From Hyphochytrium catenoides (taxonomy: Eukaryota > Protista > Hyphochytriomycota): a stretch of DNA of 64,000 nt. The stretch covers positions 16,402-80,401 of the forward strand of contig FLMG01000460.1 in NCBI GenBank assembly GCA_900088475.1, written 5' to 3'. A program made the translations under genes and the position numbers. This document shows, piece by piece, positions 61,762 to 64,000 of the stretch. Position 1 is the first letter of the stretch; the number at the start of each line of letters is the position of its first letter. Under the pieces are notes generated by a model. That model searched no databases. It was given only the letters and a program-made list of their open reading frames with translations, and was not told the origin of the DNA.

Positions 61762-63246
61762 GGGACAGTGCAGCGCCACCAAGTGGTCTACATCATTCTC
61801 ATAAAAGAGACGACGCATGCGTCTGAAACCCAAAACAGGGGATAAAGAGGAGCACAGAGAACTCTTCCGAGAAAGTGACGAAGAAAAGTGCCTGGCGTCA
61901 GACCTTGCGTGGATGATGAAAATTTTGCGATGCGGTCGGTGGCCGTTCAGCAATGACCAAGACATTGGACCAAAGAGAGATCTAGTGAGCAGTGGCGACA
62001 GTGGCAGAAGTTGAAAGGAGAACCAGAGCAAGCGTTGCGCTCAGCCACTGACGTCCAACCTAAGTTTCAAAGCCCGGTTCCTAAACATCAGCTAAAACAT
62101 CTCCTTACATCTCCCTAACCTCTCAAAAGGCACTCAGGCTCTGCTCTCTGTTAGCTCTTCTGCTAGCTTGCCAGCCTCGCTCCTTCCATCAACTCAAGAG
62201 AAAGACAGCATATCCAAGCAAGCAAGCCCGAAGCCTGGACGAGAAACGGTTCAAATTTGGCGCGAAAAGATATTCAGAACCAGTTTTGGCGCCAAAAGCT
62301 GCCATCTCCTCAGAAAGTAGAGTGCATATTATCAAGGGGATTTGTCCCTTCTCCTCCAAAACCCGTAGCACTCTGTATCTGTCATCAATGTATCTCATAG
62401 TTTCTATGTATCGGAAGCTGTCTTTTGGCTCAGTGACTGTCGGAGGAATGTTACAGCCGACCCTGGCGTCAGACACTGATTCTGAGGCGAGGGTGGTGCA
62501 GGTACAGGTATACCAAGGCAAGCGTGAAAGAGACGGAACAGACAGTGGGCTTTTGGGCTTAGTTCTACAACTTCGGAGCAAGAAGCATAGTCCATTTGAC
62601 ATTTAGAGATGGCCAAAAGGCCCGTCATTCCAGAGGCTGCCAGTTTTCTATCACTATAAATAACGGCAGTGCCCCTACTCTCAATATCACTGACAGAAAT
62701 GAAGGTTGAAGGTTGACAGCAACCAGTGCAAGTCACTGGCTTTCGGAGATTTTTTAGTGAGATTGATGATGCAGATGGCCAAGCACTGTCGCCAGGGTCG
62801 CCCTGTTGTCCCTTTCTCTAGGTGAAGGTCGAAACTTTGGGCGTGTGAAGATCGAGCTCTCGGTCCAAGGCACAAAGAAAGACTAAAGAGACAGGAAGTA
62901 TGTCCAATAGAAGTCGTGAGGCACCAACAGTCACGATGAATAAGTTCTGAAGACGTCTGCAGATTGAGATGTACAGGGGTGCGATGCAGAATTGGCCATG
63001 GAGGAGCCTCCGTCTCAACATCTCTACTTCGCTACCTCTCCATGTATCATTAGCAGCAATGAGATAAGGGATGGAGCAACCAGAGAGAATGCAGAGACAA
63101 TGGCTTAGTGACGCAAGCAAAAGAACTGGCTGAGTGCGTTTGATGATCAAGAGGGGAAGGGATGTCAGAATATCAGTTGAGAGCTCATTAGAGAAGATGC
63201 TGTTCAACAATGTAGAACTATGTGCATCCTAGATAAGTAAGATGGC

Positions 63247-63272
63247 TCTCTTTCTCTCTATCTCTTTCTCTC

Positions 63273-63303
<31 letters not shown>

Positions 63304-63330
63304 CTCTCTCTTTCTCTCCTTTCTCTCTCT
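63247..63330. repeat. (CT)n/(CTTT)-type microsatellite
   Basis: Seen directly in the sequence. Confidence 0.9.
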
Positions 63331-63664
63331 GCCATGCAAGCCCATGCAAAGCGGTTCTTTGTTCTTTCATAGGGTAAACAGACCAAAAATTTGGTTGTCC
63401 TCTGCTCCATCCGCAGCTGTTTATACATGAATTTAACCAATGTTTCATGTGAAGGATTGAAATAATTTTGCTGATAGCGTTAAAACCGTAAAGACTTAGA
63501 AGTTTGTCCTCTACGTAGATCCGAAATATTTCCGAAGGACAACTGCTCGACATGGACGAGCAATATTTGGGGCGTGGGCGGCGGACAATGGCCGGGCGTA
63601 CACTCACTGATGAGCTGATGAGCAGCAGCTGTGACGCTGCGAGGCTGCAGCAGCGTACATACAT

Positions 63665-63667
<3 letters not shown>

Positions 63668-63732
<65 letters not shown>

Positions 63733-63740
63733 CTCTCTCT
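63668..63740. repeat. (CT)n microsatellite
   Basis: Near-perfect ct dinucleotide run. Confidence 0.95.
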
Positions 63741-64000
63741 CCATACAGGTGATGAAGCTGCTAGATAGATGGACACCACCTCCTGTCCTCCAGCGCACTA
63801 CTACAAAGAGTCCAAGCGATAAACAGATACTCAGCAGTTCATAGTCTTACTACTACGCCCACTCGTCACGTCTCCCCTGCCTAAGCGCCGTCTCCGTAAA
63901 GATTTAAAGAACGACCGCTAGACGACCTCTCGTGTTGTGTCATACCGCTGAAAACTAACTATTTGTACCTGACAATCCTTTTGAGGGTAGGGCTTGGACC

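Noticed and set aside
62189-63664. Several 100-150 aa - strand ORFs
   Set aside because: No recognisable motifs and no consistent exon chain; a gene call cannot be supported.
1-64000. Non-standard genetic code or non-canonical introns as the cause of ORF fragmentation
   Set aside because: Every conserved gene I reconstructed is explained by GT-AG introns and normal TAA/TAG/TGA stops.

Overview
Eukaryotic nuclear DNA in the standard genetic code, with many short (about 50-350 nt) GT-AG introns; the gene content looks stramenopile-like (inference). The ORF track fragments most genes, so I joined exons by hand using splice sites and reading frame. Genes, left to right: a 3'-truncated two-kinase-domain gene (-); CACYBP/SIP (+); TMEM65 (+); an intronless PPR protein (-); an intronless secreted mucin-like repeat protein (-); a P4-ATPase flippase (-); an uncharacterised alpha/alpha-toroid-like protein (-); RPN13/ADRM1 (-); nitronate monooxygenase (+); a Vps62-like/multi-pass membrane protein (-); and a ~12 kb IQ/WW/B-box gene (+) containing an assembly gap. 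Two gene-poor stretches (31.4-35.5 kb and 41.8-49.7 kb) hold a long degenerate foldback and small duplications. The best observations appear only after splicing: (1) a Drs2/ATP8A-type flippase whose GFAFS tail runs straight into a DysF (dysferlin/Pex30/TECPR1-type) domain; (2) a signal peptide + Vps62-like domain fused to a four-TM module resembling the myelin proteolipid/M6 family; (3) an RPN13 locus that seems to encode alternative C-termini, UIM-stop versus DEUBAD; (4) an AGC-like pseudokinase joined to a TKL kinase. All domain calls are motif recognition from memory, not database searches, so novelty is unverified.
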